Shown: positions 39,798-49,654 of the stretch, one piece after another
Numbering within the stretch: the first letter of the stretch is position 1
Layout: each line of letters opens with the position of its first letter
NCBI GenBank assembly: GCA_964473525.1
Contig: CAYYPK010000010.1
Span: 97,657-161,656, forward strand
Length of the DNA: 64,000 nt
Reading direction: 5' to 3'
Origin: an uncultured bacterium
GTDB taxonomy: Bacteria; Poribacteria; WGA-4E; GCA-2687025
Notes under the pieces: model-generated
What the model saw: only the letters and a program-made list of their open reading frames with translations
What the model was told of the DNA's origin: nothing
Database searches by the model: none
Position numbers and translations under genes: made by a program

Positions 39798-41843
39798 TCA
39801 TTTTGCGACAGCGAGTAGCCCGTTGGCAACGAGCGGAGGAGACGAACCGTCCAGGCGACGCACACGCGCCTCGTAGACGTAAGGGCCAATCGAAACGGTA
39901 CGCCCGTTCCGATCGCGGCCGTCCCAGTCGATGGTTATCGCGCTCGCGGCGCTCGTGAATCCGTCGGCGGGGGTCGCGATGAGCCTGCCGACGGTGTCGT
40001 AGATGCGCACGCTGACCTCGGACTCGGCCCCTGCCGCTCCTCCTGTCAGACGGATGGATAGACGCGTTGTGTCCGCCACCCCATCGCCGTTCGGCGAGAA
40101 CGGGTTGAAGCTCCACGCCGCGACGATGTCGCCACTATCATGCTCGTCCTCCAGGACAAACACGGCGAACGCGGACAGCGCGTTCGTGTCGAATGCGAAG
40201 AGCCCGCCGCCGCCCGCGCGGGCCGCCGGGCCAAGCGTCAGCGCGGGAGCGTGCGCGGCCCTTGTCCACTGCCACTCGGCCGCGGACGGATTCCACATGA
40301 AGGCCCCAACCGGCGCGTCCACGGGCGCGCCGACGGCAGCGAGATCTTGCTCGAAGTACCGGGCGTTCACCTCCACCGGCTGCCGAAACGACAGCGTGTC
40401 CGCCTCGACCTGCGCGAGCACGCGCGTTCCCGACGCGGCGTAGAACTCGATCTCGTTGATCTGGATGTTGTTCGCCTGCTTGCCCTCCTCGATGACGAGT
40501 TCTACCCACCTGGCGGGCATTTGCGCGTCGGTCTCGATTGTCCCTTCGCCGTCCGGGAACTCGGCCAACTCGCCCGCGAACGTGAAAACGTCGTTGTCCC
40601 GCGAGAAGAAGACCGACGCTCGCTGTGGCCCAAACGACTTGCCGTCGTCGACGCGCGGATGCACGACGACGCGCGCGACCTCGGCTTCCTCGCGCAGGTC
40701 CACTCGCCATTTGATGGGGAACGGCGCCAGGTTGGTCACCCAGGTGGACGGGAATTCGAACCGGCCGTCCACTGCGAGCGAGGGGGGTTGTCCTGGCAGG
40801 GACGCCGTCGACACCGCCGCGAACGGCTCCTGGAAGCGGCCTGTGAATTCGTACGCCAGGACCGGAGGGTACGCGCGGTCGATCAAGGCGTTCGCTCGGT
40901 AGCTACCGATGGACACGTCGGTGGGATCCAGGCGTTGGAGACTGATGCCGCGCAACGTCTCCGGGGCCGCCCCCGGGGGCAGCCCGACTGTCAGGCTCGC
41001 GCCGTCGCTGAGCCGCGCGACTTCGCCGTCCTCCGCGTCTACGGACGTTGGCAACTCCGTCAGCAGCGTGGCGGCGATCGTCGCGGAGTCCGAGCCGGTG
41101 GGGGCGCCTCCCGCGGCGCCGTCCTCGACGACCTCAAGGGACAGGCGGTTCCTGCCCTCGTGGAGAGCCAGGTCGTAGGCGAACGCGTCCGCTCCCGCTG
41201 GCGTCGCCACGGCGACAGCGAACTGTACCACTGGCGCGGCGACAAGCGGCGACCGCTCGGTTGCGAGATGGATCCCATCCAACCGCACGTCCGACGCCCC
41301 GTCCTCTGCCCGCTGCCACCCTGACAACCACCGCAGCCGGACGAACCGGGCCTGCACTGCGGCCGCGAGCTTGACGGTCGCGCGGCCATCCGGCGAGCCC
41401 ACACCCGACCCGCTCGCCAGGGGCGTGTCCGCTGTGTACGTCTCGCCGTCCACGGACGTCGACAGGAGGAAGTCGCGCACCCCGTAGGACCGCACCGAGC
41501 CCTGCTCGCGCTCGATAACAGGCGTGAATACGATCCCGGTCAGCGCCGAAATGTCGGGGAGGCGCAGCGTCACCTCACTGGGTGGCGGCCAGCCGACCAA
41601 CAGGCTCGGCACGCCCGCCGGCGCCGAGACGGTCAGTGTCCACGGCGCGCCGTCGGAGACGATCTCGCCCTCGACCCTCAGCACGGAGTCATTGGTCACG
41701 AACTCCGTCACCGACCCAACGCGGAACAGCTCTCGAGGGTATCTCAGCTCGATGGACACGTCGGCCGACGCGGGCACGGCGCAGACCAGCGCAACGGCGA
41801 GCAGCGCAGCCGGCGACCTACGTGCGTCCATCGTCTTCTCCAC
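39798..41843 (-). CDS. Secreted F5/8-type-C (discoidin) domain protein with FlgD-Ig-like / T9SS-type C-terminal domain
   Basis: Signal peptide MDARRSPAALLAVALVCAVPASA. Discoidin-like blocks (ARFVRLRW, ARWVELVIEEGKQANNIQINEIEFY). C-terminal FSPNGDGVADTTRLSIRLTG...VSVRIYDTVGRLIATP...IDWDGRDRNGRTVSIGPYVYEARV. Confidence 0.75.
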   Translation of the reverse strand: MEKTMDARRSPAALLAVALVCAVPASADVSIELRYPRELFRVGSVTEFVTNDSVLRVEGEIVSDGAPWTLTVSAPAGVPSLLVGWPPPSEVTLRLPDISALTGIVFTPVIEREQGSVRSYGVRDFLLSTSVDGETYTADTPLASGSGVGSPDGRATVKLAAAVQARFVRLRWLSGWQRAEDGASDVRLDGIHLATERSPLVAAPVVQFAVAVATPAGADAFAYDLALHEGRNRLSLEVVEDGAAGGAPTGSDSATIAATLLTELPTSVDAEDGEVARLSDGASLTVGLPPGAAPETLRGISLQRLDPTDVSIGSYRANALIDRAYPPVLAYEFTGRFQEPFAAVSTASLPGQPPSLAVDGRFEFPSTWVTNLAPFPIKWRVDLREEAEVARVVVHPRVDDGKSFGPQRASVFFSRDNDVFTFAGELAEFPDGEGTIETDAQMPARWVELVIEEGKQANNIQINEIEFYAASGTRVLAQVEADTLSFRQPVEVNARYFEQDLAAVGAPVDAPVGAFMWNPSAAEWQWTRAAHAPALTLGPAARAGGGGLFAFDTNALSAFAVFVLEDEHDSGDIVAAWSFNPFSPNGDGVADTTRLSIRLTGGAAGAESEVSVRIYDTVGRLIATPADGFTSAASAITIDWDGRDRNGRTVSIGPYVYEARVRRLDGSSPPLVANGLLAVAK

Positions 41844-41846
41844 TCG

Positions 41847-42887
41847 TCAGTCGGGGTCGGCCGAGCTGTCGACCAGGCGAGCCAGCAAGGCGTCGGCGTC
41901 GTCGACCTGCATCTCGACATCGACTACCACGTAGCGGAACGGCGCCCTGCCATGCCACTTCGTCGCGTCCTTGGCGGTCGTCACGATGGCGCGCGCGCTC
42001 GCTCGCTCGTGGATGCGCCGCAAGTCGTCGTCTGAGTAGGCGTGGTGGTCAGTATACCGCATGAATTCCGCGCGCGCGCCTAGCTCCGCGAGCGTCCGCT
42101 CGAAGGATGCGGGCGAGCCGAGACCGCAGACGCCTAGCGCCTCGACACCATTGAGCGCCGAGGGCTCCACGGGGGAGCCGGTCTCGTCGCGAAGCCCGGC
42201 GACGGCGTGGCGCCCGGTCAGCGTCAGGGCGTCGGGCGAAAGCGACCGCACCGCCACTCGGGTCGCGGCCGACGGCTCGCCTCCCGTGAACACGACTATG
42301 TCGGCGTGCCTCAACGCAGCCGGCCCCTCGCGCAGCCGGCCGGCCGGCAGCACCCTCCCCGAGGCGAAGGGACGCGGGCCGTGCAGCAGCACGATGTCGA
42401 TGTCACGCGCCAGCGCGTGGTGCTGGAACGCGTCGTCGACGATCACACAGTCCACGTCTGAACGGTGTACAAGCCACTGCGCCGCGAGCGACTTCGGACG
42501 ACCTGCCACGACGATCGCCTCTGGCAGCGCGTCGGCCAGCATGACAGCCTCGTCGCCGACTCTGTCGATGGCGTCTTGTGCCGTTGCGTGTCCGCGCGCG
42601 AGATCGGCGCGGAAGCGCGCGCCGCCCTCAGCGCGTCGGCGGTGCGGCCGCGCGCCGTAGGCTCCCGTCACGACGCCGACGCGCCCCAGGTGAGGGGCTA
42701 GCATGTTCGCCAAGCACGCGACCATGGGCGTCTTCCCAGTGCCGCCGACGACGAGGTTGCCGACGGAGACGACGCGGGCGGCAACGCGCACACGCGGTCG
42801 CGCGCGCCGTCGCCGGCGTGCAGCGACCACCCGCGTCACCGCGCCAAGAGGTCTCAGAACCTGCGCCCCAACGGCCTTGGCTACCAT
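41847..42887 (-). CDS. lpxK: Tetraacyldisaccharide 4'-kinase
   Basis: VGNLVVGGTGKTP P-loop. 346 aa. Directly downstream of lpxB. Confidence 0.8.
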   Translation of the reverse strand: MVAKAVGAQVLRPLGAVTRVVAARRRRRARPRVRVAARVVSVGNLVVGGTGKTPMVACLANMLAPHLGRVGVVTGAYGARPHRRRAEGGARFRADLARGHATAQDAIDRVGDEAVMLADALPEAIVVAGRPKSLAAQWLVHRSDVDCVIVDDAFQHHALARDIDIVLLHGPRPFASGRVLPAGRLREGPAALRHADIVVFTGGEPSAATRVAVRSLSPDALTLTGRHAVAGLRDETGSPVEPSALNGVEALGVCGLGSPASFERTLAELGARAEFMRYTDHHAYSDDDLRRIHERASARAIVTTAKDATKWHGRAPFRYVVVDVEMQVDDADALLARLVDSSADPD

Positions 42888-42928
42888 ACGTTCACGGGCC
42901 CTACGCCTTCCCTAGTCGCCGCAGCGTG

Positions 42929-44101
42929 TCACGCGGACGCAGACAGCTGGGCGGCGGCCGCCGTTCCGAGCACTGCGGACGCCGCTCTCGCCATCGCCCC
43001 AGACGGGCCGAGGCGAAGCCGGGCCTCCGCGAACGCGGCTAGCTGGGCCTCGCGCGCCTCCGCGTCAGCGAGCAACGTCGACGCCGCTCGTCCCAACGTG
43101 CGGCCGTTGACGTCGGCCTGGTAGTACTCGGGGCAGGCGCGACGCCCCACCAGCAGGTTCGGCAGACCGGAGTGCTCCACGCGAACGACTCGCCGCACCA
43201 CGGCGTACGTCGCGGGCGACAGCTTGTACGCGATAGCCATGGGCGTGCCGACGAGCGCGCACTCAAGGGTGACAGTCCCAGATGCCGCCAGGACCGCGTC
43301 GCTCGCCCGAATGGCGTCGTACGTCCGCCCCCGCACGAGCATCACGCCGCGATCCCGCGTCATCTCGGCCGCGCGCGCCACGATGGCGTCGGAGGCCGAC
43401 GCAGAGAGCGCCAGTACCGCGTGGATCGCGCCAACCCTCGCACGAGCGGCGTCCAACCCGTCGAGCATGTGGGGCAGCAGCGTGCGCGCCTCCCGTGTCC
43501 GGCTGCCCGGAAGAAGGCCGAGGACCGGCCCCTCTTCGTGTAGGCCGAGCGCCCTACGGGCTTCGTCTTGCGGCGGGAGCGACAGAGCGTCGATCGTGTC
43601 CCGCAGCGGGTGGCCGACGAACTCGACGTTGGCGCCCGCGGCGGCATAGAAGGCGGCGGCGAACGGCAGCACGCACAGGACGCGCGTCGCTATCCTGGCG
43701 ACGGTAGCCCCTCGGCGGGGGCGCCACGCCCACGCCTTGGGCGGTATCAGGCACACCACCGGTATGCCGAGCGAGCGAGCGCGCGCCGCTAGCCCGAGGT
43801 TGAAGTCGGGGAAGTCCACCGTGACGAGTACGTCCGGTCGGTTCTGGCGCATCCAGTCGACCAACTCGCGTCGCTTGCGCAGGAACGCTGGCACGGCCTG
43901 GAGCGCTTCCACCAGCCCAAGCACGCTGGAGTCGCGGATGTCGATGAGCAGCTCGCCGCCTGCCTTGGCCAGCTCGCGGCCGCCCATCCCCGCGACGCGG
44001 GCGTCCGGCGCCTGCGCAAGCAACTCGCGAGCAAGCATGCCGGCGTAGACATCGCCGCTGGGTTCGCCGGCGCTTACGCAGACTGTTAGTGGCGCCGTCA
44101 C
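42929..44101 (-). CDS. lpxB: Lipid-A-disaccharide synthase
   Basis: N-terminal SAGEPSGD motif and GT-B fold length (390 aa). Confidence 0.85.
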   Translation of the reverse strand: MTAPLTVCVSAGEPSGDVYAGMLARELLAQAPDARVAGMGGRELAKAGGELLIDIRDSSVLGLVEALQAVPAFLRKRRELVDWMRQNRPDVLVTVDFPDFNLGLAARARSLGIPVVCLIPPKAWAWRPRRGATVARIATRVLCVLPFAAAFYAAAGANVEFVGHPLRDTIDALSLPPQDEARRALGLHEEGPVLGLLPGSRTREARTLLPHMLDGLDAARARVGAIHAVLALSASASDAIVARAAEMTRDRGVMLVRGRTYDAIRASDAVLAASGTVTLECALVGTPMAIAYKLSPATYAVVRRVVRVEHSGLPNLLVGRRACPEYYQADVNGRTLGRAASTLLADAEAREAQLAAFAEARLRLGPSGAMARAASAVLGTAAAAQLSASA

Positions 44102-45222
44102 TCAGCGCGCGCGCGCAGGAAGCCAAGGACGCGGCTACATCCCTCACGCACCGCGTCGGTCGCGGTGGCGGTGGAGATGCGAATCCAGCCATCGGCGCCA
44201 GCGCCGAACGTGGCTCCCGGGGCCACGGCGACGTGGGTCTCCGTGAGGCACGTCTTGGCGAAGTCGAAGGACCGCATGCCAGTCGCGCGGATGTTGACGA
44301 GTACGTAGAACGCCCCTTGCGGCGTGTACGTCACGTACCCTGCGGGCGAGAGCGTGTCGAGGACGATGCGCTGCCTCTCGGCGTAAGCGGCGACCATGTG
44401 GTGGAGCGCATCCTGCGGGCCGGCGAGCGCCGCTTCGGCAGCCTTCTGCGACACGGACGGCGCGCAGGAGTAGTAGGGCTCCTGTAGTTGGATCATCATC
44501 CGCGCTATCCGCTCCGAAGCGACCGCGTACCCAACGCGCCATCCCGTCATCGCGTAGGACTTCGAGAAGCTGAATGCAGTGACGACCCGCCCTTCGTCGT
44601 CGTACCTGGCCGGGCTGACGTGTTCCACGCCGAACGCGAGCTTCTCGTAGGCTTCGTCCGACAGCACGTACAGATCGTGCTTGCGCGCGACATCGACAAG
44701 CGCCTCGACCGCCTCCGCTGGGTACACCGCCCCGGTTGGGTTTGCGGGCGTGTTGATGACGAGCATCTTCGTGCGCGGCGTCACCAGGTCCGCGACCGCC
44801 TCCGGGTCAGGGATGAAGCCATCCTCCTCGGGGAGGGCGTAGGGAACAGGGGTCGCTTCCCTGGCGTGCGTGAGCATGGCGTAGTTCGTCCAGCCGGGCT
44901 CCGGGACGAGCACCTCGTCGCCAGCGTCCACGAGAGCGACGAACGCGCTGGCTACCGCACCCTCGGACCCAACCGTGACGAGCACGTTCGAGGCGTCGCA
45001 CGTGAGCCCGTTCTCGCGGCGCGCCTTCTCGGCGCAGGCCTCGCGCAGCGAGTCGAGCCCCGCGTTCGGGGTGTACCCGGTGTAGCCTTCCAGCGCGGCC
45101 TGATGCGCGGCCTCTATGATGTGCGGTGGCGTCCGAAAGTCCGGCTGCCCGACCTCCAGATGCAGAGCGTCGGGTATCTGGGCGGACATGTCCATGATCA
45201 GACGGATGCCAGAGATCGGCAT
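44098..45222 (-). CDS. Class I/II pyridoxal-phosphate aminotransferase (aspartate/aromatic family)
   Basis: LEVGQPDFRTP, NPTG and SFSKSYAMTGWRVGY (PLP-lysine). Start chosen at MPISGIR; the track ORF is 28 codons longer. Overlaps lpxB by 4 bp. Confidence 0.8.
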   Translation of the reverse strand: MPISGIRLIMDMSAQIPDALHLEVGQPDFRTPPHIIEAAHQAALEGYTGYTPNAGLDSLREACAEKARRENGLTCDASNVLVTVGSEGAVASAFVALVDAGDEVLVPEPGWTNYAMLTHAREATPVPYALPEEDGFIPDPEAVADLVTPRTKMLVINTPANPTGAVYPAEAVEALVDVARKHDLYVLSDEAYEKLAFGVEHVSPARYDDEGRVVTAFSFSKSYAMTGWRVGYAVASERIARMMIQLQEPYYSCAPSVSQKAAEAALAGPQDALHHMVAAYAERQRIVLDTLSPAGYVTYTPQGAFYVLVNIRATGMRSFDFAKTCLTETHVAVAPGATFGAGADGWIRISTATATDAVREGCSRVLGFLRARAE

Positions 45223-45407
45223 ACGGCTCGCGCCGCGAGACAGGGGCTTGGCGTCCAAACGAGGATCCCTTCCGTTGTTCCCGGCCGTGCAACGCGACTC
45301 TACCACCGCCGCGTACCGCCATCAAACAGCGGCGCCAGCATGCGTGCGGCAGGGCTGCCTTCGCACGCGTCGCGCGGCATCATTGCGCGTAGAGGGGAGA
45401 CGTCACC

Positions 45408-46004
45408 ATGGCAGAGCCGTGCATCCGGCTCGCGGAGACGCGGGACGTGGCGCCCATGCTGAGCATCTACGGCCCGGTGGTGCGAGACACCACCATATCG
45501 TTCGAGGAAGCGGTGCCGGGACCCGAGGAATTCGCGGCGCGCGTGCACGCGGTACAGACGCGCTACCCGTGGCTCGTGTGCCTACGCGATGGCGTCGTCG
45601 TGGGCTACGCCTATGGATCCCCGTTCAGTCCCCGCGCGGCGTATCAGTGGACCGTCGAGACCACGGTCTACGTCTCTGAACGCGCCACGCGGCAGGGAGT
45701 GGGTCGGGCGCTCTACACCTCCCTATTGGCGTGCCTCGGGTTGCAGAGCTACGCGGCGGCGATCGGCGTGATCGCGTTGCCGAACCCTGGGAGCGTTGGC
45801 CTCCACGAGGCGATGGGCTTCGAACCGTTCGGCGTGCTGCCCAGAGCAGGCTTCAAGCACGGCGCATGGCACGATGTCGGCTACTGGCGTCGGCCGCTGT
45901 CAGAAGCAGACACCCCGGAGCCCCCGTCGCCCCCGTCAGACTTTGGCCGCGACCCACGCTGGGCGCGCGCGGTGGGGTCGGGCGAGGCGCTGCTGACGCC
46001 CTAG
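45408..46004 (+). CDS. GNAT-family N-acetyltransferase (phosphinothricin-acetyltransferase-like)
   Basis: PAT/Bar-like pattern (IYGPVVRDTTISFEE...VVVGYAYGSPF..RQGVGRALY). Confidence 0.75.
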   Translation: MAEPCIRLAETRDVAPMLSIYGPVVRDTTISFEEAVPGPEEFAARVHAVQTRYPWLVCLRDGVVVGYAYGSPFSPRAAYQWTVETTVYVSERATRQGVGRALYTSLLACLGLQSYAAAIGVIALPNPGSVGLHEAMGFEPFGVLPRAGFKHGAWHDVGYWRRPLSEADTPEPPSPPSDFGRDPRWARAVGSGEALLTP

Positions 46005-46083
46005 CCGGCCGCGCGACGCCCGCGCCACGTCATCGGGGCGTGGGCGTCTTGGCGTACAAGCCAGGTGGGCCGTGGCTCCCGCG

Positions 46084-46854
46084 CTAGGCGGTGTCGACGA
46101 CCTCGCGTATGCCCGGCCACTCCCGCCAGATATCCAGGTAGGCGTCCAGGCCATTCTCCCCAACGTCCTTGTGCCGCGCGCGGAAGATGGCCGCGTACCG
46201 GATGCTGTGCGACGCGTTCGGCGCCGCGGTGTGCACCAGCGCGTGGTGAGCAATGACGAGATCCCCGGGGTCGCCCGTGAGATGGACGGGTTCTTCCGGG
46301 TATTCCACGCGCGGCATACCGTCGGCGAGCGTCTCATGGCCGTGCTCGCGGAAGTAGTTCTCGTAGAACGTGTGCGACTTCGGCCATACCGTGAAGTTGC
46401 CGCTGTACGGCTCGGTCAGAGGGCTGAGTAGCACGACGGCGAGAGCCGTGAAGCCACGGTTGTACGTGCCCTTCTCTATGCCGTTCGTGCCGCTCCCCAT
46501 GCCGTCCAGGTGGCCGCCGGGCGGGCCGGGCGTCTGCCACAACTCGCCGGGGAAGCGCAGGGCGATCTGCGCGCCGCCCGCTCGCCCCACGTTGCCTTCT
46601 CCGAGTAGCGACTCCACGGCGCTGAACACGGGCGTGTCGTTGAAGAGTCCCGTCATCACATCGGTCTGGGTGATCTCGCGGCAGTAAGTCTGCGCGCGCA
46701 TCGTATTGAGGGCGTCTTTGTTCATGCCCTCGTAGCCCAGCGAGTGGTTGATGGCGTGTAGGGCGGAGTCCACCATCACGCGCGGGACGGCGCCGGGTAT
46801 CTTGATGTAGCCCTCTTCGTGGAAGAAGCGCTTCTGAGCGGGCGTCAACTGCAT
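46084..46854 (-). CDS. Phytanoyl-CoA dioxygenase (PhyH) family Fe(II)/2-oxoglutarate oxygenase
   Basis: LTPAQKRFFHEEGYI N-terminus typical of PhyH, and an HxD...H facial triad candidate (HLDGMG ... HHALVH). Start chosen at internal ATG MQLTPAQ. Confidence 0.7.
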   Translation of the reverse strand: MQLTPAQKRFFHEEGYIKIPGAVPRVMVDSALHAINHSLGYEGMNKDALNTMRAQTYCREITQTDVMTGLFNDTPVFSAVESLLGEGNVGRAGGAQIALRFPGELWQTPGPPGGHLDGMGSGTNGIEKGTYNRGFTALAVVLLSPLTEPYSGNFTVWPKSHTFYENYFREHGHETLADGMPRVEYPEEPVHLTGDPGDLVIAHHALVHTAAPNASHSIRYAAIFRARHKDVGENGLDAYLDIWREWPGIREVVDTA

Positions 46855-46982
46855 CGCATCTCTCCTTGCGTGCGGTACGCGACCGTGATTCGGCGGGATC
46901 GTAGGCCACTCGACCAGGGGGCGCAACGGCGAAGCTAGGACGTGAGGTATACTCTCCACGCAGACCGCATTCGACTCTGGTT

Positions 46983-48173
46983 GTGTCCCGCCGCTGGGAG
47001 TGTCTCATGGTTCGTAGCGCCGTCTCTCTCCTCGTCGCCCTGCTTCTCGCCACGCCGGGCGCCCTCGGCGCCGATAGCGCCACGCAGGAGGCGGCCCACG
47101 CGCTGCTGCGGACGGTGAGTGATACGTACGCGGCACTGACACGGTACCACCTCGCCGCGGAGGTGACGGCCAACATCGACGACGGCGAGCACGACCCTGC
47201 GACCACTCAGACGGCGATGGCGTTCGCCAGCAGCGGCGACGGGAGAATCCGCGCGGAATTCGCCGAGGAAGATGACGCCATGCTGCTGGTGTCGGACGGC
47301 GAAACCGTCTGGCAGTACATGCCGGAGCCAAACACGTACACGGCCCAGAAGGTCGCTGAACTGCCGGCCGGGGCGCTGGAGGGCGTCGTGCTCGGGTTCC
47401 TCCAGCAGTACATCCTGCTCGCTGACTCCGCCGATGACGCGTTCATCGTCGACGAGGAAACCCTCGAGATCGGCGACCGCGAGGTTGCCACGACCGTCCT
47501 CGACATCAGCTACAAGACGGACACCGCCCCGCCAGAGATGCACGGCGTCGTCAAGCGGATATGGGTGGACAAGGCGACCAGCTTGGTCGTCCGCGAGGAT
47601 TTCACCATGCATCACCCGACGTCAGCCGGGGGTTCCGTGCGCGCGGACAGAACGCTCGTCCTGACCGTCGCCGCGATGGGCGAGGACGTCGCCGATGAGC
47701 TGTTCATCTTTGTGCCGCCGCTGGACGCGGTGGAGGCGCGCGTCGGGGGCACGCCGCTCGTTGGCTCCGCGGCGCCGGATTTCACGCTGAACGACGACGC
47801 GGGCAACGAAATCACCCTCTCGGACTTGCGGGGTAAGGTCGTCATGCTCGACTTCTGGGCGACATGGTGCGGCCCATGCCGTCAAGTGATGCCGAGCCTT
47901 CAGAGGCTCCACGAGGAGTACAGCGACGACGGCCTGCTCGTGTACGGCGTCAACTCCGAGGAGGTCACTCTCGTCGACGAGTTCCTGTCCGAGAACGGCT
48001 ACACCTTCCCCACGCTCAGGGATCCCCGGAACACGGCGTCCATGCTCTACGGCGTCGAAGGCATCCCCACGACCGTGCTTGTCGGCCGTGACGGCGTCGT
48101 TCTCGAACACTTCGTCGGCGCGCACCCGGAGGAGGACTACCGCACGGCGGTAGCCGGCGCCGGCATCAGGTAG
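46983..48173 (+). CDS. Secreted LolA-like domain fused to TlpA/redoxin thiol:disulfide oxidoreductase
   Basis: Signal peptide then a LolA-like beta-barrel region of about 250 aa. C-terminal thioredoxin fold with the WATWCGPC active site (VVMLDFWATWCGPCRQVMP). Confidence 0.75.
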   Translation: MSRRWECLMVRSAVSLLVALLLATPGALGADSATQEAAHALLRTVSDTYAALTRYHLAAEVTANIDDGEHDPATTQTAMAFASSGDGRIRAEFAEEDDAMLLVSDGETVWQYMPEPNTYTAQKVAELPAGALEGVVLGFLQQYILLADSADDAFIVDEETLEIGDREVATTVLDISYKTDTAPPEMHGVVKRIWVDKATSLVVREDFTMHHPTSAGGSVRADRTLVLTVAAMGEDVADELFIFVPPLDAVEARVGGTPLVGSAAPDFTLNDDAGNEITLSDLRGKVVMLDFWATWCGPCRQVMPSLQRLHEEYSDDGLLVYGVNSEEVTLVDEFLSENGYTFPTLRDPRNTASMLYGVEGIPTTVLVGRDGVVLEHFVGAHPEEDYRTAVAGAGIR

Positions 48174-48317
48174 ACCACACAGCGCGCGGCCTGCTCCCGC
48201 GACGGCGTCGGAGCCCTCTCCGACGCCGTTTTCGCGCATTGTCCAGCCGTTCTCGTGAGTGCTATAGTTGATACGCGCCGGTGGCGCACGGGTCTCCTCA
48301 CGCCGAACGGAACAGAG

Positions 48318-49628
48318 ATGCCCTCAAAGAATGTGCGCGTCGGTATGATCGGCCTCGGCACCGTCGGGACCGGGGTCGTCAAGGTGTTGCGGGATCGCGC
48401 CGCGGACATCGAGAAGCTCCTTGGCACGGGCCTGGATGTGTGCGGCATTGCCGTGCGCGACGTCACGAAGGCGCGCGACGTCGATGTCCCCGACGGGGTG
48501 CTCACGGACGACACCGCGTCGCTCGTGCAGCGAGACGACATCGACATCGTCATAGAGCTCATGGGTGGCACGGACGCGGCGAAGGACTTCGTGATCGCGG
48601 CGATCCAGCATGGGAAGCACGTCGTCACGGGGAACAAGGCGCTCATCGCCCTTGAAGGCCGGGACGTATTCGAAGCCGCCCACGCGCACGGTGTCGGCGT
48701 CTATCTCGAGGCGAGCGTCGCGGGTGGCATACCCATCATACGCTCGCTCCACGGCGGTCTCTCGGCCAATTCCATCCAGCGGATAAGCGGCATTCTCAAC
48801 GGCACGTGCAACTACATCCTCACGCAGATGTCGGCGCACGGTCAGGCATACGGCGACGCCCTCGCGAAGGCTCAGGAACTGGGCTACGCCGAGGCCGACC
48901 CCACCTTCGACGTCGGAGGCCACGACACCGCGCACAAGCTGGCGATTCTGTCGTCGCTCGCGTTCGGATTCGAGGTCGACAGCGACGACATACACTGCGA
49001 AGGCATCGACGGCCTCGCCGCCGACGACATCGCGTACGCGCGCGAGTTGGGGTACGCAATCAAGCTGCTCGGCATCGCCGAACGGTTAGGCGACAGCATC
49101 AGCCTGCGCGTGCACCCGACCATGGTCCCGGCCACGAGCGTGTTGGGGAACGTGAACGACGCCTTCAACGCGGTCGCCGTGAACGGCGATGCCGTCGGGC
49201 CGACGCTCTTCTATGGCCAGGGGGCCGGGGCAGCGCCAACCGCGAGCGCGGTCGTCTCGGACCTTATCGACGCCGCTCGCGTTGTCGCGACGGGCGCGCA
49301 GGCTGAGATTCCACCGTGCTGGGATCCCAAGCGCGCGGTAACGGCGCCAGTCGCGCCCATGGAGTCGTGCGAGTCGCGGTACTACCTGCGGCTGCAGGTA
49401 GAAGACAGACCTGGCGTGCTGGCCGACATAGGCGCGGTCCTGGGCCGCAACGAAATCAGCATGTCCTCGGTGATCCAGAAGGACCCGCACTGCGAGGACT
49501 CGGTGCCTCTCGTGTTGCTGACGCACAGGGCCCGCGAAGCAGACCTGCAACGCGCTCTCGGTGAGATCTCCGACCTGGCGTGCACGAGCCAACCCAACAT
49601 CTGCATCCGAGTCGAGACCGACCTGTAA
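48318..49628 (+). CDS. hom: Homoserine dehydrogenase
   Basis: VGMIGLGTVGTGVV NAD-binding motif, catalytic domain and C-terminal ACT domain. Start chosen at MPSKNVRVG. Confidence 0.88.
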   Translation: MPSKNVRVGMIGLGTVGTGVVKVLRDRAADIEKLLGTGLDVCGIAVRDVTKARDVDVPDGVLTDDTASLVQRDDIDIVIELMGGTDAAKDFVIAAIQHGKHVVTGNKALIALEGRDVFEAAHAHGVGVYLEASVAGGIPIIRSLHGGLSANSIQRISGILNGTCNYILTQMSAHGQAYGDALAKAQELGYAEADPTFDVGGHDTAHKLAILSSLAFGFEVDSDDIHCEGIDGLAADDIAYARELGYAIKLLGIAERLGDSISLRVHPTMVPATSVLGNVNDAFNAVAVNGDAVGPTLFYGQGAGAAPTASAVVSDLIDAARVVATGAQAEIPPCWDPKRAVTAPVAPMESCESRYYLRLQVEDRPGVLADIGAVLGRNEISMSSVIQKDPHCEDSVPLVLLTHRAREADLQRALGEISDLACTSQPNICIRVETDL

Positions 49629-49654
49629 CCAGACGTCCAAGAGGCTACGAGACA

